Source of the DNA: Aplysia californica
Taxonomy: Eukaryota
Direction of reading: 5' to 3'
Length of the DNA: 64,000 nucleotides
Assembly (NCBI RefSeq): GCF_000002075.1
Contig: NW_004797516.1
Location: forward strand, 450,411 to 514,410
Shown: one piece after another, positions 39,530 through 51,347 of the stretch
How positions within the stretch are numbered: position 1 is the first letter of the stretch
Layout of the letters: the number at the start of each line of letters is the position of its first letter
Notes under the pieces: model-generated
What the model saw: the letters and a program-made list of their open reading frames with translations, nothing else
What the model was told of the DNA's origin: nothing
Database searches by the model: none
Position numbers and translations under genes: made by a program

Positions 39530-40450
39530 TAAACAAACATGTCATCAAGCGGAGGAGGGGGGGAACCTTTTGTGTGTGGGCTATAAAGATGGATCAAAGC
39601 AGCCAACTCTACTGTCAACAAAAGCAAAAGCAGGATTTTGTACAGCTACCACTAGCAAAGGCAAGGAAAAAAAGGCTGCCAAAGGTAATTAAGTTGTACA
39701 ATGAATCAATGGGGGGGGGTTGACATGAGTGACGCTCGGTTGTATGCATACCTGTCAGAGCGTTGAACAATGAAGTGGACTCATAATAGGCAAAGCCCAC
39801 TCCAGAGATGCTCAGCAAAGCTGCCTGTGCACCAAGTAACAACATGGCCTCCGAGAGAAACCTTGGACTTCTGGAAAAACTTGGAAGATGTATCTTGAAT
39901 ACATTCATTATCTTCAAAGAGAACAACTCTACTATCCATGGTTTTTCTCGCTATCAATTCCCTGTGTTAGTCGTGGAGGAATTGATGGGAAACCACAAAC
40001 CCCCAGGAAAGGCAGGCAGAAAGCGACGCTCGACAACTGAAATAAACCAAGCTAAGGGACAGGTAATCAACCTGTCCCCGTGGTTTTATGCATCCCGCAT
40101 AATTTAGCAAAATTTGATCTTTTTTTTTCCATAATTTCTTATTATATTCCTTTATCGCTCTTTTTTAAAATTAACAGAATCGCATAATTTCTCATTTTTG
40201 GGCTCAGTTTTGCATAATTTCAGAATTTTTCTTGCATAAAACGACGGGGACAGATCAACCCCCCTGCCACAGATGTGCAGTCAGTGGCTTCTACATGCAC
40301 CTTAAAGAAACTGCCTGTGGGGAAGAAAAGAGACTGGGTCAACAAACAACCAAAGAGAATTAGATCTGCCTATTAGTGCCCCTCCTGTGATGTTGGCCTG
40401 TGTCCAGAATGTTTCATGCCATACCACCGGGACCACAAATTACTGTAATG
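39530..40450 (+). pseudogene. piggyBac transposase relic, C-terminal part with Cys-rich domain
   Basis: Manual translation gives LPKVIKLYNESMGG.DMSD..LY..ER*TMKWTH and GRCILNTFIIF, then a terminal C..CDVGLCPECFMPYH. Frameshifted and carrying insertions. Confidence 0.75.
40072..40253. mobile_element. 182-bp MITE with 21-bp TIRs and 6-bp TSD, inserted in the piggyBac relic
   Basis: ATCAAC|CTGTCCCCGTGGTTTTATGCA...TGCATAAAACGACGGGGACAG|ATCAAC. A related end is seen at about 13520-13542. Confidence 0.85.
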
Positions 40451-40689
40451 TGAATAGAAACTTGTTTTTTTCTGTTTGTTTAGCTAAGAGCCCACGATTC
40501 AATTTTTCTAAAAGAGCAAAACTTGGAGCTGCTTTCATTAAAAACAATTTTTAAAATTTTTTTTCGTTTTTCATATATATTAATTTTTTCATGTTCGGCA
40601 CATTTTTTTAAAAAACTCCCTTGAAAGACCTTGTTATCTCCCTGGATCAATATATTAACTCATTCACTGAAATTTCACAGCTGTACCTG

Positions 40690-41762
40690 GTTTACAGTTT
40701 GATGTGGAACAAGTCAACACCCCCAAGTCCATATATGAACTTTTCATCACGCCTAACATCGTGAAATATTTCAAAACGGACACTAATAGATTTGCCCGTC
40801 AAACCATCTCAGCTCGGAGAGACAGTGGAGACCTCAAAGAGAACAGTCGTCTGAGTGACTGGAAACCCGTGACAGAGCTTGAGATCCAAGGCTTCCTGCT
40901 TCTCCTCCTTCATATGTCCCTTGTCCCCAAACACCAAATAGAGGACTGTTGGAGTCAGAGGGGCATTCTTCACAGCCCTTTTGCCAGTAAGATCATGCGT
41001 GAAATCGCTTCCAGAACATCCTCGCAATGTTCCATCTAAACGACAATGACAGATACGTTGCCCCAGGTCAGGAAGGACATGATCCTCTCTTCAAGATTAG
41101 GCCATTCTACGATCACCTGAGAACAGTTTTCCCAACTCTCTTTACCCCTGACAAGAACCTGGCCATCGATGAGGCCATATGTGGGTGGCGAGGTAAACTT
41201 CGCTTCAAAATCTACATAAAAGATAAACCTGTCTCCAGGGGAATCAAGCTGTATATGCTCACTGACAGTAACAGTGCCTACGTCTACTCTTTTGAGATCT
41301 ACGCCATGGAGGCCCACCTTTCAAACAAGACTCATGATGAGTGTATGAGAATCGTCGATCCTCTCCTGGACAAGGGATACCATTTATATGCCAATAATTA
41401 TTATACTTCCCCTCTTCTCGCATCACAACTCGTCGCAAGAAACACCATGCTAATTGGCACTGTCCTCGCCAACAGAAAAGGACTGCCAAAACAACTCATA
41501 AAGCAGCCCATTCAGAAAGGAGAAGTTGTCTACAAACGGAAAGGTAGCCTCGTTGCCTTGAAGTGCGCGACACTCATTTCATTCATTAAATGTATCACAA
41601 AAATTTTTTTCTGATTTGTTTAGTATGTTTCAATGTCATTGTTTGTGGAAAATTTCAATGCTGTACTCATAATAATAAGCTCACAGTGAAGTTTTGAAAA
41701 AGGTCCATAAAGCCTGGCATTCCTCAGTTGTCCAGCTGAGAAATGCCCGGCAGTGAGTTAAT
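40690..41762 (+). pseudogene. piggyBac (PGBD4-like) transposase relic, central DDD region
   Basis: Encodes DPLFKIRP, LAIDEAICGWRGKLRFKIYIKDKPVSRGIKLY, YANNYYTS (second catalytic D lost) and GTVLANRKGLP. Frameshift near 41000. Ends GGCAGTGAG|TTAA at about 41760. Confidence 0.85.
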
Positions 41763-42205
41763 AAAATAACACCTTTATTGCAATTCTTGTTCAATTACCT
41801 TTCAGGAAATATATACTTATATGGGTTTATCTGTTTAAATAAAATCTGGAGAAGGTGAAATGTCAACTATATGTCAAAACCTATTCGTCTATTACTTTTT
41901 ACAACGTAACCAAATGCGAAAAATATTTCATCACGCGCTAAGAGGGTTAAATGCTTTTTACATGTTGCATTGCAGCTCCTTTAAAATAGAAGTCAGTATA
42001 ATGGAAGTCTCTGTCTTGTGGGTAGGAAAACCTGGCAGGCCAGGCAGACTGTCCAAGTCAATACGTTCAGGCCAAATGAAGGCTGCCCACTTTCACCCCT
42101 GAAGCAAAAGCAATACAGACACAATTATACGTCATGCTCAGTCACTGTCAAACTTGACATCTATATCAGCAATGAAAGAAAAAAGAAAACTTTCGCACTC
42201 CCAAA

Positions 42206-42336
42206 CTACTCAAATCTGGAGATGTCACGGCCAAACAGAATCGTCTTGGTCCAGTCCAGAGGAACTTGCATTCTGAGGCGCCAGTTTCCGAGTTGTGTCA
42301 GGTAAGCAGAGCGCCACAAAAACCAGGATGGGACGC
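42206..42336 (-). CDS. NDH-2 exon 9 (terminal, membrane-anchor region; not in the ORF track)
   Basis: GVPSWFLWRSAYLTQLGNWRLRMQVPLDWTKTILFGRDISRFE*, a classic NDH-2 C-terminus. The total CDS is 1395 nt = 464 aa. An AATAAA lies on - at about 41774-41779. Confidence 0.93.
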
Positions 42337-43658
42337 CTGAGAGATGGGGGAAAGATACCAGGATAGTAAATTCTTCTATTTAAAAAGAAGGGTTAAGAGA
42401 TCTATGCAGTGAACTTAAAGACTTTGCATCCACAAAGCTCAGGTTCAACGAAACATTGTCACAGAGATTAGAATTTCAAAAACTTCATTTACTTTATCAA
42501 GGAAATATATCTCAATTGTCTGACTCATAAAACAGTTAATAGCTTGCACTGCAAACAGGTCTAACTTGTGTATCTTTCACAGCTCTTGAGTTGGGTAGTT
42601 TTAATTGACGCCAGAATTCACTGAGCACATGTGAGCTGGCTGACCCAACTTTGATAGGGTTGGTTAATAGTTGATACTGTCCAATATATATACTTTAAGG
42701 TGTAAAGCGCAGTTCGTGGTAATTATCTTTTCACACATTTAGGACATGAAATTCTGCTTTGAGACCATAAAAGTACCAAAATGTTAGCCTCTCAAGTTAT
42801 TTCATAATACTCTCTTAAAGTCTACATGTCGCATGGCAATTGGTTTTCACAGGCGAAAAATAAAAATAAATGTGACCTGCACTGTAGCCTACCAATAAAA
42901 TGTTAACTCTACACTCAAAAAAGGCAGCAATGAGCTCAGGCCCTTATTGAAAAACGTCAAGTAATGTCTGTGACATGGTGTTAGGGTGGATGGCCACTGA
43001 AGGAGGCCCTTGAGTGAGCAAGACAAGGTAACCCAAGTTAAAAACCAAGGTGCTGTATAGTCGAGACCACTAATTCATGTCTGCATTGAGGTGACATTGT
43101 GCACTCTGTGACACTGATATAACATCTCATTTGTATTATCTATTCACTGCATTTGCCATTGCAGCTCACATTACTCTACAGGGATCAATAGAAGTGAAAC
43201 GTTATTTTATCCTACAGCTAGAAACCTTTCGATTCCAACTGAAACATCTTTCACAATAGGTAAAGTGAAGAAAAGTGAATTCTCTGTCTTGTGTCACACA
43301 AGCAAAGTAAATAAGAAATTACTGCCGGAATGCTTAAACTCACAGGTAAAAGAAAGCTGATATTGTCTTGCTGGTTTTTATTTAACACAGTAATATCAGC
43401 TTTTTCCCCCCGTATGTTCAACCGTTTCCACAGTAACTTATTGATTTTGCTTGTATGATATGAGAATAAAAGGGTACTGATATAGGGTACATATAGATTT
43501 TTAAACAAGAAGTTATCTACAAGCAATACAGCAGACATGTAAGAGCAAATAAAACTGAGACGTATCTGGCAGCGGAGAGTAGGGCAGAGCATTTCAGCAC
43601 TGAGTTTAGAGAACAGTTCAAGCTTGGACAAGCACTCATCTTGTTTTTCATCCCTCAC

Positions 43659-43812
43659 CTTTAATTTTGAGATTCGGAGTGTCGCTCAGGCCTTCGTATC
43701 TCCCGATGTAGGCTAGCATGCCCATACTCTCAAACTTGAATGGCCCCGTCTTGTCCTCATCACAGCCAGAATTCAAGAACTTGGACACATACCGACCTTG
43801 CCTCTCAGCAAC
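43659..43812 (-). CDS. NDH-2 exon 8 (not in the ORF track)
   Basis: Manual translation gives VAERQGRYVSKFLNSGCDEDKTGPFKFESMGMLAYIGRYEGLSDTPNLKIK. The AQxAxQ-like quinone-site motif spans the exon 7/8 junction. Confidence 0.92.
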
Positions 43813-44568
43813 CTGCCACCCAACAAGACGTTTTAAAACTCAATTTGGTGGGTGATTGGCGGATGCTCTGGTGTGGCTTGCTTCTTCTTACCTATCAGAC
43901 ATGTATCATTTTTATCTTTCTTCCTTCTCTTTTGTGTTTGTTACTCTCTTGTAACACTTTTAATCTTCTGCACTTATATGACCTAATTGTGTTGCAAGTG
44001 CCATAAAAACATACTAAAAACTCAATTTCACCTCCATAGTACAACTGTTTGAAGATGTTTACATCATAATTCTTCTAATATTTCCTTCATTTTCATCTCT
44101 ATATTTGGCTCAACAGTAAACAATAAATCAGTAAGATCAATTGTGATCAGCATAAACTTTTTCTTTTTAATTTCTATCTGCTGTCTATGTGCCCCCCCCC
44201 CCCCCCAAACTTATTTCATGTATTGCAAATTTTTCACTAGTTCTCTCAAAATTCAAGGAGTTATTTTTTTTCAATAATTTTTGTTTGTTCTTCACTTGCC
44301 AGCAATAACTAACAAACAGCAAACAGTCACATAAAACACAAGGGACTCTCCATGAACACTCGAGTTTTAGTACAACAAAAATTTCTGACATACAAACATG
44401 GAACAAAACAAAACCTTGAAACATAACAAGCATCTGTGTCTTTCACTACATATCAATAACAAATTGGACATCATGACCCACTCTCTAAGTTCAAGTTTAA
44501 AATCCAAGGCAATTGTGAACTTTTTGAATGTCTACAGGACAGACGTATCAGGAGGACAACAAAAGTAC

Positions 44569-44676
44569 CTGTGCCGTGCAGGGCAGAGACATTTCCTCAA
44601 TGTCAGCACAGTCCCCGATGGCAAAGATATTTCCACTCTCGTCATTCTTCACTCTCAAGAAACGATCCGTCAAAAT
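44569..44676 (-). CDS. NDH-2 exon 7 (not in the ORF track)
   Basis: Manual translation gives ILTDRFLRVKNDESGNIFAIGDCADIEEMSLPCTAQ (GD motif). Acceptor atttag|, donor |GTACTT. Confidence 0.92.
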
Positions 44677-45072
44677 CTAAATTTAATTAAAAAAACATGT
44701 TACTAAATGAGTATAACGGATACAATAGGTAGGATAAAAGACAATAATAGGTAAAATAAGATTTCACTTTTGAGTTTGAGAAAAGAGAAACACATTGACA
44801 TTACAACTGCCATTTAGTGCAGGGAAGAAGTAAGACAGACAGACAGACAGAGAGAAGCAATAGAGGGAAAGAGAAGAAACACTACCAACCAGCGATGCCC
44901 TCCAACCACCCACAAAATAAGAGAGGGACAAGACATTGGTAAATCATATTATTAAGATGACACAATACAATGACAGATAAGACAGAAGTGATACAAGACA
45001 ATAACAGATAAAATCTAAGTGACGCAAGATAAAACAAGATGAAACAGGAGAAATACAAGAAAGTCACAGAAA

Positions 45073-45378
45073 ACCTAGTGGTTAGGCTACTGGACTCATT
45101 TAATCGTGAGGTTGCGGGTCTGAGGGTTCGAGTGGTAGGCGTACGTTGTGTCCTTGGGAAAGGCACTTTGCACGAATTTTCCTCACTTCACCAAGGTGGA
45201 ATGGGTACCCAGCCATAGACAGTGAAAGATCTTGTCAGTAAGTTAGTGTTTTAGTGCCTATAAATGGCTGCTTGCACTGTAAGCTTCCCAGGAAGTTGAG
45301 GTTGTTTCAGAATGCTCTCAGGTCTGCTGGGGTAATAGTATAGATTTGCGCTAAACAAATGCTATCTATTATTATTAA
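45073..45378 (+). mobile_element. tRNA-derived SINE (same family as 13017-13347), in an NDH-2 intron
   Basis: CCTAGTGGTTA...GGTTCGA...TGTGTCCTTGGGAAAGGCACTTTGCAC...ATGGGTACCCAGCCATAGACAGTGAAAGATCTTGTCAG, with an ATT tail. Confidence 0.8.
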
Positions 45379-45413
45379 GACCTAAGTGATGCCAGATAAA
45401 AAATGATTTAGTA

Positions 45414-45800
45414 GAGGTTTTACGGCGCTCGCAACTGCAAAAGGTCATATGAGCGCCAAAGGGTGGATGTCAACAGAGAAGTCCTAACAGGGAATCAGAC
45501 TTACTCTGCTCACCTCTCTAGCTTCAACAGCACAAGGTCTGCTTCGACTATCAAGGCACCCCGGAAATAGCAGGTCACAAGAGAGTGACAAACATACAAA
45601 AGAAGTAGAGGAAAATGATAATAGTAAGGATTAAGAAAGAAAAAGCAGCAATTCCCTGTTGTAGATCAGGCACAGTTATGAGCGTGACATGATGAATCAG
45701 CCCATTTACAAATCTACTGTGCTTGAACGAGAAATGTCCCCCCTTTGGGAATGGCCTAAAGACACTGCAGTCAGTGGCACTGCCCCGGGGGGGGGGGGGG
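45414..45800 (-). mobile_element. Longer retroposon sharing the LINE 3' stem-loop; related copy at 58330-58750 (+)
   Basis: Shared blocks CATTCCCAAAGG..., TTGTAAATGGGCTG, CCGGGGTGCC..GATAGTCGAAGCAGA and CATCCACCC, followed here by GGCGCTCATATGACC...GAGCGCCGTAAAACC. Confidence 0.7.
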
Positions 45801-45941
45801 GGGGTCCAGATAAAAAAGCAAGATAAAATAGGAGATACAAGACAAAAGCAAACATAATGGAAGTAATACGAAATAATAGAAAATAAAAATGCAACGCCAT
45901 ACGATAAAAAAAGACACAGTTTACTAAAACATGACACCCAC

Positions 45942-46072
45942 CTGACCAGCTTTGTTCTTCTTGACATCAAGCGAGCGTGTGAGGTCTCTGGGTGACAGAC
46001 CTGTACTCCACACCACCAGACCACAAGGTATCACTGAGCCATCTTTGAGCGTCACACTCGTGGGGCTCACCT
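45942..46072 (-). CDS. NDH-2 exon 6
   Basis: EVSPTSVTLKDGSVIPCGLVVWSTGLSPR...GQ. Phases 1/0 are compatible with the flanking exons. Confidence 0.93.
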
Positions 46073-46134
46073 CTGGTATTTGAAAAAAAGAAGCAAAATT
46101 CTGCATTGTAAAACTTAAGGTGTGCGTGCTTGTT

Positions 46135-46308
46135 GTTTTAGTAGAGGTTTTACGGCGCTCGCAACTGCATTAGGTCATATGAGCGCCAGAAGATTAGAGG
46201 TGTTACAAAAGAGTAACAAACATAAAAAAGAAGAAGGGGAGATAATGATGATAGATGTTTGATAGGAAAGAAGAAGCAAACCACACCAGAGCACCCGCCA
46301 ACCACCCA
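46135..46308 (-). mobile_element. ~180-bp short retroposon (same family as 50076)
   Basis: Closely similar reverse-complement copy. Confidence 0.85.
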
Positions 46309-46916
46309 CGGTGTGTGTGCGTATACGGTGAAACTCACATTTACTGAACTTGGGACTCGATGAAAACAGACTCATCGAAAGGTAGAGAGCAACCCAATTT
46401 TTCTATTCATCAAAATCTATTAATTACTTTGCACTTATGGAAGAGCTAATAGCTCTCATAGTAACTAAGAAGCCACCGTCTCCCTTGGCAGCAATCACAT
46501 TGTTAATAATTAGTTTTAGTAAGAGTCTTACGGCACTTGTAACACAATAAACAAATACCAAAAAAAACAACCCCCACTGTTAATACTGTTAACAATCTTA
46601 ACCTAAATCTGAAGAAAAAATACCTCCCCTCCTCCAATACGAGACAACTACAGGATATCAAGTCTAAGACAAATAAAAGTTTATAAATCACATACAGTCA
46701 AAATTATCAAAGAATGCCACCAACTGTCGAGGAGTAAAAGTGGTTGTGTTAGACAGGTGGACATCTTGAACGGCGTCAGTCATTATGTCATTATTCTTTT
46801 TTTTTAAAACCCACTGGGGGGGGGGGGAGCCGTAAATGGTCATTTGTTTATAGGTTATTGTCGTGGACAGGTGGTCAATACAGCAGGTCCGATTGTATTT
46901 TTGCACATCAACAAAC

Positions 46917-47076
46917 CTGTTACAGATGACTGGACCAGCTTAAATCCTTTACGCTGTTGAATCTTCTTCTCAGCATATGCCTGCAGTCTTGCATCAAATG
47001 AAGAGAGGATTTGATTCGACTCCACAAGAGTCACTTGAACTTGGTCCTGTTTTTGCTTATAAAATCTTGCCACATC
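46917..47076 (-). CDS. NDH-2 exon 5
   Basis: DVARFY...VTLVESNQILSSFDARLQAYA. The acidic residue ending the second beta strand suggests an NADH preference. Confidence 0.93.
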
Positions 47077-47742
47077 CTGAATTTTTAAAAAATGATACAT
47101 GATGAGACCAAGGCTTTTTTAGTGTGAAGACAGAAGTTGAAACTATTATATGAGTAAAAAAGAGCCAAAAGATTGTCTATATGTCATCAGTATCCCGACG
47201 AAACCTTACTAACTCAAATATTCGTGAAATCGTTTTTTGCACAAAAAGATTCCTGATACCTTGATGCACAGCAGCACAATACTAAATACAGATTCAAACT
47301 TCAGATGCTTGAAAATGCAATTTAATTTCGCATTGAACCTTGTTAACCATCACATGGACATAAGTGATTTATCTTCCTCCATGATTTCACTTGATGGGTT
47401 GAGGGACAAAGAAGTTCTCACCCACACAGAACGTATGATGGTTCATTAGCCAGCCATTGGGACATCCGAACAAGTTAGACATGAGCATTTAGAGACAACC
47501 CAAAGATAACGAGGTTAGAAAATTGTATTGTCAGGGGAGCGTAAAATATAAAAAAATTCATTAATTCATCAAAAATGACAACATACGGTACACTGAAAAA
47601 AATCAAAACAATTTGAACTGCCAGACAATTTACTCTATCCAGTATACAGTCTTATTAAAAAACTTTAAACGTTGTGGGTTTCTTCACTTTAGACATACCA
47701 GAGCCCAATTTTACAACTGTCTCATGCGAAAGTGTTCCTTAC

Positions 47743-47913
47743 CTGCTCAACAAAGTCATAGAGCTCAGCACCAAACTCAACGCCAGTAGGCCCTCCCCCG
47801 ACAATGACAATGTGTAGAAGGCGTTTGCTTTCTTCATCATCGATTCTGGGCTGGACGGACAGCTCAAAGTTGCTCAAAATCCTGTTGCGGATCCGACGAG
47901 CGTCTGCAATTTC
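47743..47913 (-). CDS. NDH-2 exon 4 (NADH-binding GxGxxG)
   Basis: EIADARRIR...IVIVGGGPTGVEFGAELYDF. Canonical splice sites, phase 0/0. Confidence 0.95.
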
Positions 47914-48329
47914 CTGAGGGAAGAGGAAAGAAGGAAGGGAAACAGACAAGGTGAGTAATGAAACCTTTAAAAAGTTTTAGTAACAGTTTGACAGCACTTG
48001 CAACACAACTACGAATTACAGTAAGGAAAGATAGAAATCTTTAATTCTAAGCTGCCACATTTTTTTACCACAATTTGGAATGAATCTAACTCTAGTGCAT
48101 GAAGAAAATTTATAGAGGTGAAAAAGAAAAATATGCAGAACTTGAAAAATACCTGAGTGAAAATGTTGATTTAGACATCAATGGAAAGTTAAATGAACGA
48201 AAAATGACGATACAAGCAAACTAAACTATATTCTCATAAGAAATAAGTTGGTTATGAAAGGAGAGTGGTGTAAAAAAAACAACCCATCTTTCACTTTCAT
48301 TCAGATAAACAGTCTTTAAGGGGTGTTAA

Positions 48330-48904
48330 GGGGGGGAGGGGGCCTACACTCTCAAAGTCCTGATTCGGGTCAAAATTATGGAATTTGAGTTGTAAGCATT
48401 TTTAGCTTCCTCAGCCTCTCCTACAACTATTTAATTGCATTAGAACCCCCAAAAACCTGACTTCTTCCCATACCGGGCATGTTTGTCACCATTTCCTCAT
48501 AAAGTCAATATTTTATTTTTCTTTAGCGGGTGTTTTTGTTGGTGGTGTCTGGAGTGTGGATTTTCACGGATTTTTTTCAAATTTGAATACTACCTCAGGA
48601 AAAAAATCATTAAAAATTTTCTACTTCGTTTAAGAACAAAACAACACAAAAATTTTTACATCTGTTTGTTAACACGTATGCAAAAAAAAATTGATTAATT
48701 TCCATGAGCGATAAGTGCGGTATTCATCGCATAAGATATGTCAACAAAATCCAATATGGTCGCCGTATCCATGAAAAAACTTTTTTCTCAAATTTGATAG
48801 CGGATTTTAAGACTCCTTACTATGCTTGTTATATGTGTGAAATTTGATAAAATTTGGTCTGCTCATAAGCGAAATAGCTTTCAGGTGTAGCCCCCCCACC
48901 CCTC
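48330..48904. mobile_element. TTAA-flanked MITE (Kolobok-like termini) in an NDH-2 intron
   Basis: TTAA|GGGGGGGAGGGGGCCTACAC ... GTGTAGCCCCCCCACCCCTC|TTAA. Confidence 0.75.
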
Positions 48905-49235
48905 TTAATATTTTGAAAGGTGAGCAAGGTTTAGTCTATTACTGTCAAAATTATCCCAACAGAACCATGCTAAATGAAACTTGTAGATCCAGCGCAGATA
49001 CACACAGACTGCCCTAAACTAATAACTCTACTTAGAAGCACCAAACATTTCTGGTCTTTCATACTAGTAAAACCTTATAAAAGTAAAATGAATATCTAAG
49101 ATCAACAATAAAAGAAACAAAATTATGACTGCACTATCCAAAGCCATTCGCGCCAATAACAGACGCCGACACATCAGCACTTTGTAGGCAAAAAAGATTC
49201 AAACTCATGATATAGCAAAACACCAATGGTACAAA

Positions 49236-49650
49236 TGTGAGGCAGCATGGTGGAATCAATCAGGCTCTCGTCAAAATAATCCAAGTGAAGAAACTTGCAT
49301 TTTTCTGCAGCTTGTAAATTTTTATCACATTTTTTGGGGGGGCTTAACACCTTTCATGCCCATTAAAGAACTCTTTTCCATGAGGATTTTTCTGAAAAAC
49401 ATTGATTACAGGCACAAAAAAATGTATATTTTCAGTTACCACGGACTCTTAAGCAAAGTAAAAAACTCTAATTTTACCTCTGAAAACAGGTGACCCCCAC
49501 CTCATTCATTCGCCAATATTTCGACTTGTATTTAAGATAAATGGATATTTTTTTCATCCTAATAAAGATAAGTGAACAAGCTTGAAGATGATATCAATAA
49601 CTCTACATGCCCCAAAATTGACGAGAGCCTGATTCCACCACACTGCCTCA
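49236..49650. mobile_element. MITE (family of 22030-22472)
   Basis: TGTGAGGCAGCATGGTGGAATC..CAGGCTCTCGTCAA ... TTGACGAGAGCCTGATTCCACCACACTGCCTCACA. Confidence 0.75.
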
Positions 49651-49681
49651 CAAATGACCACGTCATTTTCACTTGACTTAC

Positions 49682-49907
49682 TTTGAGGAAAAAGGCGTTC
49701 TCATTCACCCCAGGGACTCCAAAAGTGTTGGTGAGAGCACCAACCCCAATAACCAGTTTGTCAAACGGGAGATTGTACTGTAAATCTGGCTGCAGGACAC
49801 TGGTACAAGCTATCTGCTGCTGTTCAGTGTCTACTTGGGTCACATACGACAGATGGAAGTGAGCGGACTGCCGAAACCCTGTGTTCCTCACTGGTTCAAT
49901 GATGGAT
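49682..49907 (-). CDS. NDH-2 exon 3
   Basis: SIIEPVR...FDKLVIGVGALTNTFGVPGVNENAFFLK. Acceptor ttcag|, donor |GTAAGT. Confidence 0.95.
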
Positions 49908-50075
49908 CTGAAGGCACATAATAAAGAGATACTTTCAATTTTAAAAAAAATAATTTTAACCCTCAACTAGATTTCTATCGTTTTGGATTATTGTTTGAGC
50001 TAAAAATAAAATAATCACAAAAGAATACAGATTGAAACTTACAATTCAAAAGTAATTAAACTTCACAAGGAGGTT

Positions 50076-50254
50076 GGGTGGTTGGCGGGTGCTCTGGTGT
50101 AGTTTCCTTCTTCTTTCCTATCAAACATCTATCGTCCTTATCTCCCCTCCTTCTTTTTTGTGTGTGTTACTCTCTTGTAACACCTCTAATCCTCTGGCGC
50201 TCATATGACCTTATGCAGTTGCGAGCGCCGTAAAACCTCTACTAAAACTAAAAC
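50076..50254 (+). mobile_element. ~180-bp short retroposon with a 19-bp target-site duplication, in an NDH-2 intron
   Basis: Flanked by TAAACTTCACAAGGAGGTT at 50057-50075 and 50255-50273. Carries the 3' stem-loop GGCGCTC...GAGCGCC and an (ACTAAA)n tail. Confidence 0.9.
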
Positions 50255-50619
50255 TAAACTTCACAAGGAGGTTATGGTCTGGAAAGAACGATTTGAAAAA
50301 TCAACAAACTACAACCAACAACACATTTTCAGATTAGGATTGACAAAACTCCAACCGCTAAAACATTTTTAATATGGCCAATGACAGTCCTAAGCCAGTA
50401 TAAACACAAAATGAAAATGAAAATTGATCCTTGTCATAATCCCCAAGACTGTATAAACTGGTAGACCTTCCAACGATACTAAACCAGTTGTCAGACCGGT
50501 CCTGCAGTAGATCTTCCACTAAACCAGCACCCAAAATCCATAATGAAAACTACCGTATACTTTGAAACAAAACTGATTATGAAAACCACACTCTCGAAGC
50601 CAAGGCAGCTTCCCCTCAC

Positions 50620-50832
50620 CTGAACTCCAGCGTGCCCACAGTGGTACTACATAGCAAAGGGGTAAACAGGAAATGGTTCCTTGGGCTCACGACAATCACA
50701 TCATAAATCTTCTTGTCAATGTTTTTCAGCACACTGTAGCCGCTCCAGCCTGTGCCTAGAATTACCAAAGTTTTGCGCTGATTTCCGTTGCTAGAGCTTT
50801 TAGCTCTCACTTGGGACATCCAGCAGCTCCTC
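50620..50832 (-). CDS. NDH-2 exon 2 (FAD-binding Rossmann fold)
   Basis: [10 protein letters not shown]...[25 protein letters not shown]. Acceptor cacag|, donor AG|GTGAGG. Confidence 0.95.
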
Positions 50833-51246
50833 CTGTGATGGAGTAACGAAAAAGTAGAGGAGTGTGAATTAAAAAACATAATTTGATGAACAACTTCCGA
50901 AATCTCTTTAGAGAAATCATCAATATTTGATTTAAAAAAGCAATAATTTAAACTGTGAGTGCCAATTCCAAAAAGAACCATGGACATTCAAATAGCATTC
51001 CAAACACATCAGTTTGAATGAAAAATCACTTCATCTTCATTTGAGTGAATCCAACATGCTAAGCACAATCTGGCCTTTGTGAACACCCCCCCCCCCCCCC
51101 CCCCCTGTGCACACAACACACTTGACTTACAAAGCCAGATGAATTTTTGTTATCTTCAAAATGTGAGCATTCTGTACTGGGGTTAATACAGACAGTCAGA
51201 TACTCCTGTTACTCAAAAGAAAATAGTGATCATACATAAAACTTAC

Positions 51247-51347
51247 CTGTACCGTAAAGAAGACTTGAGGCTTTTCCTGGAGGAAAATGCCTTGTAAAAA
51301 CATCGCCTGTACATAAAAAGAGCTGCCGCACTTGTATCTGCCAGCAT
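51247..51347 (-). CDS. Type II alternative NADH:ubiquinone oxidoreductase (NDH-2/NDA-like), coding exon 1 of 9 (mitochondrial presequence)
   Basis: Context aaaATG. Encodes MLADTSAAALFMYRRCFYKAFSSRKSLKSSLRY (R/K/S-rich). Donor AG|GTAAGT, phase 2, matches the next exon. An upstream acceptor tttcccatttgtag| opens the exon at 51372. Confidence 0.78.

Noticed and set aside
39530-41614. A single circularly permuted piggyBac (C-terminal part before the central part)
   Set aside because: The two fragments overlap in homologous position (GNLLCVGYKD versus GSLVALK) with different sequence, so they derive from two different piggyBac families.
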